Positions 25,860 through 40,319 of a stretch of 64,000 nt of DNA are shown here, in pieces (positions within the stretch are counted from its first letter, which is position 1; every line of letters begins with the position of its first letter). A program made the position numbers and the translations under genes. Below the pieces are notes generated by a model. It was not told the DNA's origin and ran no database searches. It was given only the letters and a program-made list of their open reading frames with translations. Origin of the DNA: Marsupella aquatica. Its lineage: Eukaryota > Plantae > Marchantiophyta. The stretch spans positions 16,414,216-16,478,215 of the forward strand of contig OZ316894.1 of NCBI GenBank assembly GCA_973895155.1. Direction: 5' to 3'.

Positions 25860-26690
25860 GGCTATTTTGTACTCTTTGTAAGTGCAAAAAGAGGCCTGGA
25901 CAAACCGCAAGTATATAAGTGCAAAACCTCTATGAGGATTTATGTACACATCTGGTTAAGCACACGATTCCTTCCCCTTACACTTATCAATAGTGCAAGT
26001 ATTTCAACATACTGTAAACGGATCACATTGTGAATTTAGGATGGAAATCACGGAAGTGTCAACTGACAGAGGGGGCATTGTGTGTACACTCTTATAGATA
26101 AACTCTAACTCCAAGTGTTTGCACTGATGACCTACTCTAGTGAAACCCGCACTAAGTGCACACCAGAGGCTTCTTTCTGGAAGTGTGCACTTAGAGATAA
26201 TTCACCTGTCTTTACACTCATATCAATAAATGCAAATTCCAAGTGTTTGCACTTATAGCATGAGTGCAAATCCTATCCTCATCGAGTGCACACTGGAGGC
26301 TTCTTGGTGGGGGTGTGCACTTATTGAGGAATGCAAATTCCAAGTGTTTGCACTAATGACGTAATCCACACCCTCACTAAGTACACACTGGAGGCTTCTT
26401 TGCAAAGAGTGTGTACTCAGAGAGAGAGAGAGATGCAAAAATTCCAAGTGTTTGCACTTATGATGCAGTCCAAACTCCTCATTTAGTGCACACTGGAGGC
26501 TTCTTTGGAGACTTTGCATGAGTGTGCACCTAGAGAGATAAATGCAAAATTGCAAGTGTTTGCACTGATGACGACGTAGTGCAAACCCTCAGGAAGTGCA
26601 CACCAGAGGGTTCGTCCCAGGAGTGTGCACTTAGAGAGAGGTCGCTTGACAGTAGTGGCACAGTGTGCAAGACTGCAAGTGAGCACTTTA
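25860..26690. repeat. Tandem array (~5 units, 100-128 bp) of the palindromic GTGCAC repeat family, just upstream of the PP2A B'' gene
   Basis: CAAGTGTTTGCACT near 26112, 26240, 26341, 26445 and 26553. Most units carry TTGCACT..AGTGCAA and AGTGCACAC..GTGTGCACT inverted pairs. Confidence 0.85.
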
Positions 26691-27179
26691 GTAGGGTTTG
26701 GGTGAAGTTGTTGAGTGATGCCACGAACACAAAGCAAAAACCAAACAAAGGCACGGAGCGTCGAGAGAAAGCAGCACTTCGGATTGTTCGACAGGCCCCC
26801 ATCAGACGAATCCCGCGAGCTGCTGAGTGAGGTGGATGTGGCCCAGTCTACGGCATAATCGGATTTACAGGTGCAGGGCGATGGCGCATCAGAGACGGAC
26901 AGGTTTGTATCTCGAACAACAGGACTTCGGCAGTACATGCAGGGTAATTGTTTCGGACAGGGTGCCGGTCGGTTTCTAGATTTTCATCGACTTTCATGAC
27001 AGGAGGAGCGTCGGAAAGGCGAAGAGGCAGCACATCGAGTTCTGAGGACGAGCAGAAAGGTGTCCGCCGTTGGTAGTGTGTACTTGTCCGCGGAGCCCGA
27101 CCGAAGGAAATCTTGCTTGCTTGATTGCGCTCGGTTGGAGTGGAGTGGTTTCTAGTGGAGGGGAAGGGGGCCAAGGAGT

Positions 27180-30100
27180 ATGGAAACAACGATGGCCGTG
27201 GATATTGGTGTGCTTGATCCCGACCTGCTTCTGCTCCCTGATATACCTGTGCCAGCATCTAAACCTTTACTCTGCAAGTCCCGTCTTGATGATCTATTTG
27301 CGCAATGGCTTTCTCTGCCCGACACCCAACGTTTGGTGAGTGAGAAAATCTGGTCGTATTTATCTAAAGGGCTTACTTGACTTTTCTCTGATGCGAAAAA
27401 AGGTCCAAATTGCTGATCATGTAAAGGCCACCCGGAACTTGGAAGTAGAGTTAGAACAGACGAAAGATATAAGCATCTGAATTTCTTCTGAGTGATAGGT
27501 CGCGCGCGGTAGAGGACGTACTTTTGCTGATAGTGGAGTGTATCGACGTACCATTGTGCGACGTCTGCATGAGAATTTGCGATCTTCTGGGACTTCTGGT
27601 CTCTCGATTGCCCTATTTTAAGCTTTGAGCTCCGGGATCGACCTTAGACGCTTTGAATTGGTTTCCCTTCTCTTCACGAAAGGACTCGTGCGAAGAGAAT
27701 TTATTTTTAGCACAGAGAATTAGCAAGTTAAACTCGCGTTGCTCTGGTGGTATGTGGTTTCATATTGTTTTCCCTTCCTTGTGGCGAACGGGGTGTTTGG
27801 GGGCTGCACACGTATCCGGTGGGCTATGGAAAATTGTCGTTCTCTCCCTTTCCGTTACGTACATGAGCTGCTGCTAGTCGTGATGGAATTCGTTCTCACT
27901 TAAACTTATCTTTCAGGTCCTGTCACTTCTGGAAGATGTCAAGTCTGGAGCGCCTCTTGTGGTACCCGGGAGTCCCGGCATTGGGAGCACGGGTTCCTCT
28001 TTACCTTTGTTACCTGGTATATTCCCCGTGGGAAGCACCCCTCCATTGTCCCCAAGGAGTACTGCAGGCTCTCCTTTGTCTCCAAAATCGCCAATGAAAC
28101 GAACTGGATCAGGACCAGCTGCCACAGGTTCTCCTCTTAAGAAAACAAGCGAGCCAGTGAAGGAAATTATTCCGCAGGTATGAAAGCACATGAACCTCGT
28201 CCTCCGAGAAGTCTATCATTGGCCCACAAACGCAAGTGTTCACAGTGGCTTATGGCGATCAGTAATGAAAGCGATTCTGTTACAATGCCGTGATAGTCAT
28301 GGACGATTAGCCCTTTTAGGTCAAGAAAAGTAGGTCTTATCTGCATTCTAGTATCTTACCATTCTCGACTTGACCTCTACGTTACCCCTTGTGCAGTTTT
28401 ATTTCCCGTACGGACCTCCAGCATCAAAGGAGGTAGAGGCAGAATGTCTAAAAGCGATTGATCAACTGTTTTCTGTTCATCCAGATGGTTTACCCACTGC
28501 AGGTATGTTAGAACGAATGTTCACCTGCTGTGAAGTATCTGGAAATGGAATGTTGTAAAGTTTTTACCTTGTGAAATCTTATAGGGCTCGGTGACATCCT
28601 TCATAGCTTTGAGAGCCGTTTCATCCCAATCCTAAAGCAGCTCTTGTTTGCAATGATATAGTCTCTCTGCAGCGCCAGAAAATGAGAGTTTGGATTATCA
28701 GAAGTTGAAATTGATTGCTTTAGACACTGAATAGATATACTCGAGTGTGGCTGCAGCATCCTGATTAGCTACGGTTTCAGTCACTTTCAAATTCTTTCAT
28801 ATTGAATCATTTGTTTTTCTCATCACAGCATTCACGCCTGTAACGAAAGAAATTTGCAAGCTGCCCTCGTTTTTCTCAAGCTCTCTCTTCAAAAGAATCG
28901 ACTCAGGAGGCAGGGGTCTTATAACCAAGTATGTAAAATTTGCGCAATTGAAGTCTAGATGCCTGTTTCCTGGATTGCAAATATAGAAGGATTACCTGAA
29001 TTGATTCCATATCGGGTACGAGCAAGTTTATTTTGGTGCGACAATGCATCCATCATAAGTTCTGAAAGGAGAGTTTCCAAGATCAAATATGGAGGAGATG
29101 CATGTGAGATTTGGGCGTAGAAATACAGGTGGGGTCATAGTAGTGCAGTCGCTTCCCATCCAGCAAAAGCCATAGGATCCTTGTTAATTTAGGATTTCTG
29201 CTGGGCTTTTTGACTATTGTCAATTGTTCCATAACGCGGGTATTATGAAAGTAGGCGACTTGTTCCTTTCTTGTAGCCTTCTCATTCAATATTAGAAAGT
29301 CGTGCTGCTCCGAGTTTGTTGAAGATTTCCAGCCATTGCCTTGATGTGCTGATCGCCCACTTTCTTTAGCGTCGGTGGACGCTAATTTGTCAAGCGCTTT
29401 TGCCAGTCTATTATGGACTAACATCTGTTGGGTCTATTACTGTTTGTAGGGACGAGTTCTTGAAGTATTGGTCGGATAACAACATGCTGACAACAGATCT
29501 TGTCACAAGAGTTTTCCAAGTATTGAAGCAGCCTGAAAAAAACTACCTTACTCAGGTTATTTCACAAACACTTAGCCGTAACAGTGTTCACTTTGACAAG
29601 TCTGTCGACATTATCCAGCACTACTTGAAACTGTGCAGTACTGTGAAATCTGTCGACCGTGTCGAAGGTCCTTAAGACCATTTGTTGCTGTGTCCTGATA
29701 ATCTTGGGTTTCTGCAGGAGGACTTCAGGCCAATTTTAAGAGAACTGCTTTTGACTCATCATGGGCTGGAGTTCCTACACGACACACCCGAGTTTCAAGA
29801 AAGATATGGTTAGCGATAATTTCCATATCCTCTAGTCTCTGGGTGGCATCTACACCTTCAGTTCAGGGGATATGTTGACCTGTATTTTTTAAAGCTTTTT
29901 ACGCTCTTAAGCAAACCAGAATGAGAAATGAAGTACCCGTGTGTCGCTTGCAGTAGTGGGCTCTCGAATCAAAGTTTACTTTGTTCATCTGAAGAGATCC
30001 TCATTTTTATCATTTCGTGGTCCGTCTTGAGTTCTGGTCTCAAGTATTTGGGTTACGTGCATCTTGCGTGTACATGGCTCTTTAATTGTAGCATGATCTG

Positions 30101-32093
30101 TCCTTTTCTGAAACCCTTCTGATAAGCACTGTGGCTTCTTCTGTGCATGGATCAGCCGAAACTGTCATCTACAGAATATTTTACCACATTAATAAATCTG
30201 GAAATGGGAGACTTCAGCTTAGGGAACTCAAACGGAGCAACCTTATCACCGCCTTACAACAAGTTGACGAAGAGGAGGATATCAATAAAGTTTTAAAGTA
30301 AGGACATCTATTTCTTGGAGTACCCATCTAGCTAAAGCCTTTGTGGACTGCACTCGAGGTCTGTCAAGACTTTCTGGACAACAATTGGTTGTATTGTTGA
30401 AGGATAACGCGTATTGTGGCAAAGGTAGATCTTGGAGATGTTCGGATGTATACTTTGCACGCTGCTGCAGTTCTTTAAATCTCTGCTTCACACCTGATTT
30501 GTTGACCATTTGAACTCATATTCGCTATGAATTGTTCTATCAACCAGGTACTTCTCGTACGAGCATTTTTATGTGATCTACTGCAAGTTTTGGGAGCTGG
30601 ACACTGATCATGATTTTCTTATTGATAAGGATGATCTACTCCGCTATGGCAATCATGCTCTGACTTACAGGGTTGTGGAAAGAATATTCTCCCAGGTATT
30701 TGTGTTGATTGAACAATGTCCTCATTTTCATTCCCTTTGGAAGTTGGTTCCGTTGAAGACTTTGTATGGACTTTTGTCCTAATCATTTTACCGAATGAGA
30801 TGAGCCTAGTTCTCTATCTGGACTCGCTCTAATTTGAGTTTGTGGCAAACTGCCTTTAGTTTTACAGGTGCCGAGAAAGTTCACAAGCACAGTGCCAACT
30901 AAAATGGGGTATGAGGACTTTGTGTGGTTTATCTTATCGGAGGAGGATAAGTCGTCAGAACCTAGCCTGGAGTACTGGTGAGTCTTTTGAAGCGAATACT
31001 ACTTCAGAGGAGGGAGTTGAGAACTGTGTAATAGTATGTCTATTGCATTTAATGAGTTGAACATGTGATCTGGTCAGCTTCGACTCTGTAATTCCCTCTG
31101 CTGGTAATGGATCGACAAGGTAGTTAATGTAGGGCTGTAACATGATTCGTAACATTTGAGTTCTGGGGCAGGTTCAAGTGTGTAGATTTGGATGGTGACG
31201 GAATTATTACTCATAACGAAATGCAATACTTCTACGAAGAGCAATTGCACCGAATGGAATGCATGGCACAAGAACCAGTACTGTTTGAAGACATAGTTTG
31301 TCAAATGGCTGACATGATTTGTCCGGAGGTAGGACTGGCTGTCTGATTGCCTGGACTTCTGGAACTGTTTGATTTTGCAGCGGAGAAAGTGCCTTAGTTG
31401 GATTATTGTGTATAGCTGCGAAGATTAATTTTGTACAGTTGAAAGGATCATCATCAGGGGCTGGAACTACACACCTAAAGTTTTGATTCTACAATCACTA
31501 GTTTTGTTATGATTCTGAAGAAATGATCAAAGAGCAAAACTCTCATTTTAACATTTGGCCATCCTTATGACGCAGAAAGAGGGGCAATTAACTCTTCGCG
31601 ACTTGAAGCGTTGCAAACTCTCTGGCAATTTTTTCAACATTCTTTTCAACCTGAACAAATTTGTTGCTTTTGAAACGCGTGATCCATTCTTAATTCGACA
31701 GGTGTGCAGCTGTACTGGATTGTTCATTTTGTTCACTAAAGACTTCTGATGTTTTATTTTGTGGTCATAATGAGGGAGAAGTGGTCAATTTCAATCATTT
31801 GTGCTGTTTCTAGCGGCAGAACATTTCAGTGCATAGTTAAGCCCGTGGGAATCTCTGGAAATAGCTCCATCGGTTGGACTGTAATGAATTCAACAGCCAA
31901 ATTGGCTACGCATGAATTTTCCTCATTTTTCTCCTGATGTACCTGCGTGTAGGAAAGAGAAGATCCATCCTTGACAGAGTGGGATCGGTTTGCACATCAA
32001 GAGTACATTCGGTTATCAATGGAGGAAGACGGCGAGGACGCTTCCAACGGCAGTGCAGAAGTTTGGGATGAATCGCTTGAAGCACCCTTCTGA
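27180..32093 (+). CDS. PP2A-B'': Protein phosphatase 2A regulatory subunit B'' (alpha/beta type, EF-hand), ~547 aa
   Basis: Twelve exons: 27180-27335, 27917-28177, 28397-28502, 28829-28928, 29450-29555, 29718-29808, 30156-30297, 30548-30695, 30868-30977, 31172-31328, 31576-31701, 31953-32093 (1644 nt, phases consistent). Motifs: [43 protein letters not shown]-hand DLDGDG, C-terminal WDESLEAPF. Confidence 0.96.
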
Positions 32094-33196
32094 AGTCAAT
32101 GGTAGCAAACCATTCCAGAGTATAGACAGGTTGCCAGGGCCCTGTTCTCGTCATGGCACTTGGGTGGTAACGTCCTCAACAAAACTCTGTGATTTCCAAC
32201 TCGGGATTTAATTTGCCAGCCTCATTTCCATAGGCCAGTTGGAGCAACTGCCTAGTCAACATGATAGCTCATTCATATATGTTCTCTACCAGCTTGCAAC
32301 GCTACAGTAGTATGGGGGGCAGGCTGTGTCCAAGAGCAGTGTACTATCTCATTAGATTGATCGGCATCAAAGCTCTCAATTAAAGATCATTGTATAGTAG
32401 GGTGTCATGTGGATATGGGCCAACTTGTCAACGGACAGGCTCTCGGTTAGAATTATATTACATATATTTCTAACAACGGACAGTGGGGGTGCTTCGGATG
32501 ACCCAGGCTCTCTGCTGGCAAATGTTGCTAAAACTGTCACAAAACAGTCCAAACCAGCTGTGATTTGTTCAATGCGAACTTATAAAATTGGAATCAGAGG
32601 TTCACGCCAACATAAGTTGTTTGTCTTCATGTCACTAATCTACATAATGATGCGACGTTGTGGTGCACAATGGATCTTTCAAGAGAACTGGTAAATAGAT
32701 TGTACTGAGTTGAACGTCATAAGATCTTGGTGCCTAATGAAGCATCTGCTGCACGTCGCTCTTCTCCACTTGCAGTATCTGTATGGATGAGTTGTGGATG
32801 AGTTTTCGTTGCGACGAAATCCATTGCAGGTGCTGGTGTAGGAAGTCAGACGGCATTCTTCATTCTGGTCGAGGTAGATTCTGGTTGCACCTTTTTGGTG
32901 AGCTCTACGTAGGGTGATGGATAGTGGGATGGAACTTGCATCCTTCACTTGTCCCTTGGTGACATATGATGCGTCATGTTGCTGGAATAATTCAGTTTGG
33001 ATCAGCCCTTCCTTGCACTGTATACCGTAAAGTAATTCCCATACTCCCTTGCGATGTGAGGAATGCGATAGTCCAGATCTCCAATTAATCCGTTTCTCGA
33101 CAGTAGCCTCTTTACCCTACTTACATGACTGAATTGCCTACCAACTTTACTTTTCTATATTGTCTCTCTTGAACCCACCTATAATTTCCCTACTGG

Positions 33197-33903
33197 TGCA
33201 ATGACTTGATGCACTTGTACAGCGACAATCAATACATCGGCAGAGAACTCTTGTCCAAACAGGGCGTCTCAAAGATGAGAAATTGCAATGAGTTGATGCA
33301 CTTGTACAGCGACACAATACATCGGCAGAGAACTCTTGTTCAAACAGGGCGTCTCAAAGATGAGAAATTGCAAAGACTTGATGCACTTCATCGGCAGAGA
33401 ACTTTTGTCCAAACTGGGCGTCTCAAAGATGAGAAATTGCAATGACTTGATGCACTTGTATAACGACAATCAATACATCAGCAGAGAACTCTTGTCCAAA
33501 TAGTAGGGAGTCTCTTAAAGATGAGAAGTTACCGATGATGATATTCAGCCATAAAGGCCGACAACTCTTATCCAAGGAGGGAGTCTCAAAGATGAGTTGT
33601 CCAAATAGGGAGTCTTAAAGATGAGAATTTATGGATGATGATATTCAGCCATAAAGGCAGAGAACTCTTGTCCAAATAGAAGGGAGTCTCTTAAAGATGA
33701 GAAGTAACCGATGATGATATTCAGCCATAAAGGCCGAGAACTCTTATCCAAGGAGGGAGTCTCAAAGATGAGTTGTCCAAATAGGGAGTATTAAAGATGA
33801 GAATTTATGGATGATGATATTCAGCCATAAAGGCAGAGAACTCTTGTCCAAGGAGGGAGTCTCAAAGACGAGAAATTAAGGATAATGATATTCAACCATA
33901 AAG
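33197..33903. repeat. Composite minisatellite with a 176-bp higher-order repeat
   Basis: Core GAGAACTCTTGTCCAAA..GG.GTCTCAAAGATGAG is repeated. The first part has ~70-87-bp units; GCAGAGAACT then recurs at 33481, 33657 and 33833 (period 176). Confidence 0.9.
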
Positions 33904-35193
33904 GAATGGTCCCTTTTTCATAAGGGTATAATTGTTTTGGGGGTTTTTCTTTCACCAGCCTCTACAGTGACTAATGGTTATGGCATATGACCCATCCATA
34001 TGGCAAAGAGTTATGGACTATGAATCTTGTGTCCCTAACCTGTACCTAGGGAGTTAAGGTCCATCAAATTGTCAAGTTTGAGACTCTATTAGTCACACCA
34101 CTCAGGCCTCTGGAGGGAATCCTTTTACATGAAGTGTCTTCCTCATCAAACACACCAACCCCATAAGTTAGCACCATAGCGATGTATACTTGAATTATTT
34201 CACTTTAATCAGACGCTCAAAATATCCATCACCAAAATTGTTGTGGACTCCAGTGCAAGTTGTCTGCATCTTGAATGAGATAAATTTCAAGCGACATCCC
34301 ACTAGGTACTGCCTGACAATGTAGAAAGATGTAGTCGGACACTCCACATGTTGGTATTAAGCCAATGCCTGAAAGTAAAATTAAATCACCTTCATCACTT
34401 GCTACAGGAAGAGTTTGGGCTAAAGCTCTCTAGTAGATCTGATGCTCACATCTCTGAATTTGAACAAAAGACTGTTTTGGATGGCCTGCCCTATCCTTCA
34501 GCACAGGCACATATGATTCACCTCCAGAACTCCACTGTGAAGGGACTAGAACAACAGACTTTCACACTCATCATGGTGATGGAACTCTTAAATTTTCCGA
34601 TCTCCAATGCACTTCAGATTCTAAGATCGCCCCATATGGCATAAGATTATTACTGCCACCAGCTAGCAGCCCTTTTTTACAACACATCCAGGCCTCCTTA
34701 AATCCCTTAGTTTCGATGGCTGGCATACATGCACCACAAGAGATCGTGAACGACCAGGACAAAACTGCACACACTGCAGGTTACAGCTCCTTTGGCTCCT
34801 AGAAAGAAATCTGCTCTGTGGCCATCCGCCTTTGAGTTTTATACAATATTGAGACAAGTGAAGCTGTTCCTTGGGCTCAACCAAGGATGCCGACCCCATG
34901 GCTCTCAACTGGCGTGCACTTCGGTAAATTGAGAACCAGTGAGAGGAGCGATGGCTATTCACCTTGTTCACAACAAGGAAAGAGCCATCAAATTGATGGG
35001 CTTCTGTCTCTTTTGAACTAGGCTTCCTATGGTTAATTGATACTGAATTTTGACGTATTCCAATTTTAGAATATTGACATTTGCATTTGAATGAATCCAT
35101 TCGAATCATCCGGGAATTTCGTGAGACCCTCAAAAAACAGTTGGTGTAACTTGCAACTCAGGTCCAAAGTCTCTTCCAAAACATCGCACACAA

Positions 35194-38100
35194 CTAGATC
35201 TCCTCCTGTGGGTTGCTCAAATCCATTTCTACCTGTCGTATTGTCCATTGGATACCCTCCAGCTTCTGCAATGGGGAAAATAACCCAATTGTGATTACAA
35301 TGAACTCTGTTCCGACCTTTACAGCCCAATGGACTGCAAGTTCAAAGACACAAGATGAAGTTTCTATCCAGCAGCTACATGATGAATTTATATTTAGAGT
35401 TTCAGATTAAATATTTTGGTACTCTGAAATTAGGAGTACTCATACGAGTCTGTTCAACATCATTAACTGCCTCTTAATCTTCTTGCCCAGACCTTCAGCG
35501 TATCACTTTCCTTCTTCCTATAACCTGCCTTTGCCATCGTTTGCCATTTCACTCCAACTTATCTTGATCTGCTCGTATACAACGTTTCTCCGAAAACGCA
35601 ACAGTGGACTCTAAGTCAACATCTGAGGTTTACGGACGATAATACATACCGTTGCAAGCTCATGGTATCTGTGAGCAATATCATCGAAGTACTTGTCCAC
35701 TCCTTGATATTCACGTAGTCTTGTTACCTGCCATCGTTTTGAGCAGACAAAGCGTTTCTTCAAAATCTCTCGTAATATGTGCAACATGATACCTCCCGCA
35801 GAATGGACCACTTCAGCCTCTGTATTGAATAAATCAACACAAGCCGACAAGATGTCTAAACAAGTGGAATATACTGGGATGACATCTGTACATCCTCACG
35901 TAGTAATGTTCGTCGACTTCACTTGCCCCTGCCTGATTCTAAATAAATTCTTGCAACGGGATGATAGCTGTGAATCAAACATAATAATCTCAGGAGCAAG
36001 AGAGAAAGTGTTTCACTTACAGCTCTATTGTAAGCAGCTGTTGCCTCTTCATTAGCCTCCACTAAATGATCCCTGATAAAAGAAGCAGGTAAAATTTTGC
36101 AGGTTCAAATATAGAGTAGGTGGACAGTGGTTCAAAAATACACAGCTCACTAGCCAAGATTAAGGACCTAGCTTGTCCTAAAGCCATATAAATTATTGCA
36201 TGCCATGAATACAAGTTGTTGAGTGACCATGAATAAACAGGGACCTTGAGCTCGAAGAACTATATGCAGAAGCTCTGTAAAGACCGATTGTGAATTAGGA
36301 CGAGCTAATAACCTGATCTTGTAAAGAGCAGGAATGGAATCCTGTGTGTATGTATCTCTCAAAAGTAGGTGTTCCAGAACCCTGCAATGACGAAAACAGT
36401 TCGAGTCAGGCCAATTTACTTCGATTCCCTACAGCAATTAAAGCTTAGGTATGTACATCCTCTCAAGCATACAAGTTGAAACACGAGAAAACTTTTTTTG
36501 TTGCTCCTTTGTTCGAGACGAAACTAATGTACTTTGGGATTCCATAGTATCAGAGAAGTTCTAAGAGAAAAGCGATTTTCATCATGTCATTGAAATTCGA
36601 GAAAATACCTCAATTTTGTGTTCATGGTTTGACATCGCTTGCAAAGCCATGACTTTCTTAATCCATCCTGTTACAACAACCCCAAGATCACAAACTTGTC
36701 AAATTGATAGGAAGGATGCACTTTTGATCTGTGAATCATCTAAGCAACCTTGACAGAAAATTCTCTAGAAACACCAACCCCCAAAACCATTACCAGAATT
36801 CAAAGACCTACCTTAGAATGCCTTGCTCTACCTGAGCAGATACGTGAAACAAAACCACATTTACAGATATTAACGACCTTCTAGATATTATGGACTAGAA
36901 TCATCCTCAATACGTCCTCAATACTTCCTCATCTCTCGCAGACTCATGTCATCTCTTTCTTACGGACCAATACATAGAAGCGCATTCCCAAATGTTCAGT
37001 CTGTAGTGTACTTCAGAGGAATAGAACGAGCGAGATGGAAGTTAAACAATAGGAGGATGTGTACATATTGAACTTGGCGAGTTATCTTAAAATCTTTCAC
37101 CAGCCTCAGCAACGCAGCAAGGATCTGCTCCAGAACCTATGCCAAACACAAACAAAAAGTGAAAAAGGTTACACCAGCTGATACTTCTGTCAAAGACTTA
37201 CATTTATGAGACATATCAAAAGATCGCGGAGAGGGGTATAAAATTTCTCAATTGAATTTCTAGTTGGAAATCTTTCCTTTCGCAAAATTCATTCACTATC
37301 TAAAACACGAACGCCATCTTTGTCATGCGTGGGCAGGCAATAGGACTTAAAGTGATAATCGACCGATTCATCTTCTTCCTCCAGAAAGATTTAGCCATGG
37401 GTACCACGAAAGATTGAGGGACAATCAGGCCAACTACTTGCTAGATGCCGGATGCCGGTGGAGTCCTCAAAAAATGCACTTCACAAATATCTACCTCTTA
37501 CATTATGATATTCAGAGAATTTTCGGTCAGCGCAGAATAGATCCTCCATCAAGGCGGATTCTTCGGCCTCGATAGCTTCCACGGCTAATTTAACTCTGCA
37601 AACAAAGTAAGTTGGTAAGGTATGTCATCGATGGGAATAGCGGATTTTGAACTGGGCGGGATTCACTCAAAGTCCTGTAGAGCCGTCTGGACTAAAAGCT
37701 ATCTAGACTCTAGTATATGTTGGACTTTGACGAGACAAATCAGCAATGTCACTCAACAGATTTATCAGATTGCAAACCTCTCTGACAGCCGGGTACTCCT
37801 CGGTAAACTTGTCACTTCTGGGTCAGAGTCAACTTAGTCAGATTATATGCTATAAATATGCAAATAGGACTGAGCATCTCTCGGCGTGTTACGTAAGTGA
37901 AACACAAAGTCGACTGACAAATAAGAGCAAATATCGACTTGAAGAGTGCCCAATCTGCTAGCGCCGCTGTTTCACATCTATATTGCCTCCTGGAAATTTC
38001 CCTTGCGTGTGGACATTGTTGAACTACCAACTTCAACTTAAGACCTTGCATTGTATGGAGTAGATAATCGTGCATAGAACCTGTGAAGTACAGGCTGTAA

Positions 38101-39453
38101 TGATTTGAAAGGCAACGACAGAAAGTACGGTTTTACTTTCATAGGACACCCCCTCTGGAGACATTAAAACGAGTGATTACAGCCAGTGGCACTCCCAAAC
38201 TACCTGCTTCGTCCGCCTCAAACGCTGCAGTAAGCTTCTCACACTTAAGTTGCAGGCGTCCCTCGATTTCCGGGGTGAAGGCCATCTGGTATACTGTGCT
38301 ATCCTGTGCAGATGAGAGAGCTAAGTCAGTGCGAATACGTCTGAGATAAAATATCCTGTTCGGCTCGTTTTCTCCGACTTCACAAGTTTCACAGTTTCGG
38401 AATTGTAGGAGTCCAAGAAGACCTCACTAGACCCTCTGGCCTTTGGAGCCCGCCTAAGCAGATTTCGTTCCCATCCCATCTCACAATCTGTGTCTCATAA
38501 ACACTTCAACTGCTGAATGAACGCAGACCCTAGCATTTGACAATTTGATATCCCAGTTTTGTTTTGTTTTTTGTTGGGGGGGGGGGGGGCTTACGGAGAC
38601 AGAGAATGCGATGAGGCAAGAAAAGAGATAGAATGAGAATTTCTTGTGACACATTCGGATATTTGGACGCTGTTGACTCTAAAAGAACTGTGACGTAGCA
38701 GTGCACAAAACCTTGCAGAAGTGTAGTGGATAAAAGGTCGCCGTAGCTACAGTCGCAGAAGAAGGAAGAGTTTGCTTAGCTTACATCGGCGAAGGGGGCA
38801 TTAGCTAGTTGCGTTTGGCACAACCAGGCAGGAGTCAAACCTAACATTCGATCCACAGCGCCTCCGATGCCGGGGTCCATCATCTCTGACGTGTTCGTTC
38901 CACTCAAGAAAATATTAATCGTGCTCGGGCCCGTGCCATTTGATGACGACACAGCACTCGTGACCGTGGTATTCGTACTGAAGCTTGTAGTACTACTGCT
39001 ATCAAAAGAGCTGCGTGACATGAGACTCCACTTCTCCAAATCGTCATCAGGCAACTCCCCATCCTTGGCAATCAGAGGCAATCTAAGGCGTTGGGCTGCC
39101 TCTGCAATCGTCAACCGTTGCGCCAGAGCTTCGTAGACCAGAGCATTCGACCGAAATCCTAGCTGTGATAGCACTGCTTGGAGATCTCGCATACCGCCTG
39201 CATTTGCGACCGAAACGGCCTGATGGTACTCCTCGACTATGGCAACGGCTTCGCAATGAAGAGCTACGGCTTCAAAGTAGCGCAGCCGTTCCTTCCCCAT
39301 CTCTTCCCGAGCCAGAAGTAGATCCTGGTAAGTGGACTTGACGACGAGTGATCCATCCGGAGCAAGACAGTACCGGTCAAGAAGATCCAACACTTGCACC
39401 AGACTTGCCGTTTGCGCCTGACCTGCAGGCGGCAGCAACATTGCCCGCACCAT
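35194..39453 (-). CDS. AUG4: Augmin (HAUS) complex subunit 4, ~434 aa
   Basis: Ten exons: 39453-38785, 38303-38204, 37817-37778, 37595-37502, 37136-37065, 36667-36609, 36381-36313, 36072-36021, 35727-35650, 35265-35194 (1305 nt). Motifs: LDRYCLAPDGSLV, AREEM..ERLRYFEA, WLCKRCQTMNTKLR, VTRLREYQGVD, KLEGIQWTIRQVEMDL. Confidence 0.93.
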
Positions 39454-40319
39454 TCTCGACCGAACTTGGCTGCCCTACCCTGCCAGTGGACGTGACCGGA
39501 TCACAACCCTGCGTCGACAATTCCTAGCTTACAACTCTATATCTCTCCCCTGTCCATCACATCTGACATTTCTTTTGAATGCTGTTTACTCTCTGAAGCC
39601 CGAGAGTGCAGGAGCGAAGCTGAGAGTGGAATAAGGGAGCTTGCTCTTGAGTCATGCTTTGTTGCTGCTCCACCGTACTTCTGAGCTACTGCCGTGGTGA
39701 ATTGAGACCAAGTCAGAGAGGAGAAGCATTGTGCAGAGAAGACAATGGACGTGAGTCACAAATGGTCAAGAAAGAGGCAAAGTCGTGCATACTCTTCGCA
39801 GACAATCGGGACCGTTGTTCGTTCAATTCAATTTCATTGATGCACACTCCTGCTTCGGAAACCATCTCTGGTGGGACTGAAGCAACCCTGAAGCGGGCCC
39901 AAGGATGGACAACTGCTCATCTGGCACATGATACACGATTGCACAGGCCGCACAACTATCGCCTGGCGAAATCACCAATTCCTGGACTACAGATGTCCGA
40001 ATACCTTTCCCTAAAACCACAGAAGCAAAAATCGAATCACTAGTGAAGGTGGACAGATTTTGGTACACTGAACAAACGAATGATTTCAAAAGAGGCCTCA
40101 CAATGAACTGAATCCACTGATTAGTGGTATTCGATTCGTCCTGTACGAAAGCTCGAGCTCTGATTCATTTCGTGAGTGCATTCGAGTGATGGGGCCATTC
40201 CATCGACTGCCGATCGACTGCTGCATAAAACTCATGATTGCGAAGTGAAGACAACGAGAAAATGGTAGAAAAGGTGTTTTCGTTGTCAATTCCAATAATG
40301 GAATGGCGGGAACGAAGTG

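Noticed and set aside
34600-35050. Possible LINE C-terminal zinc-finger remnant on the minus strand (TCSVCSFVLVVHDLLWC)
   Set aside because: The resemblance rests on a few residues amid stops; a profile search would be needed to support it.
38576-38589. G14 homopolymer in AUG4 intron 1 (G-quadruplex potential)
   Set aside because: A simple homopolymer with no supporting context; its length is also error-prone.
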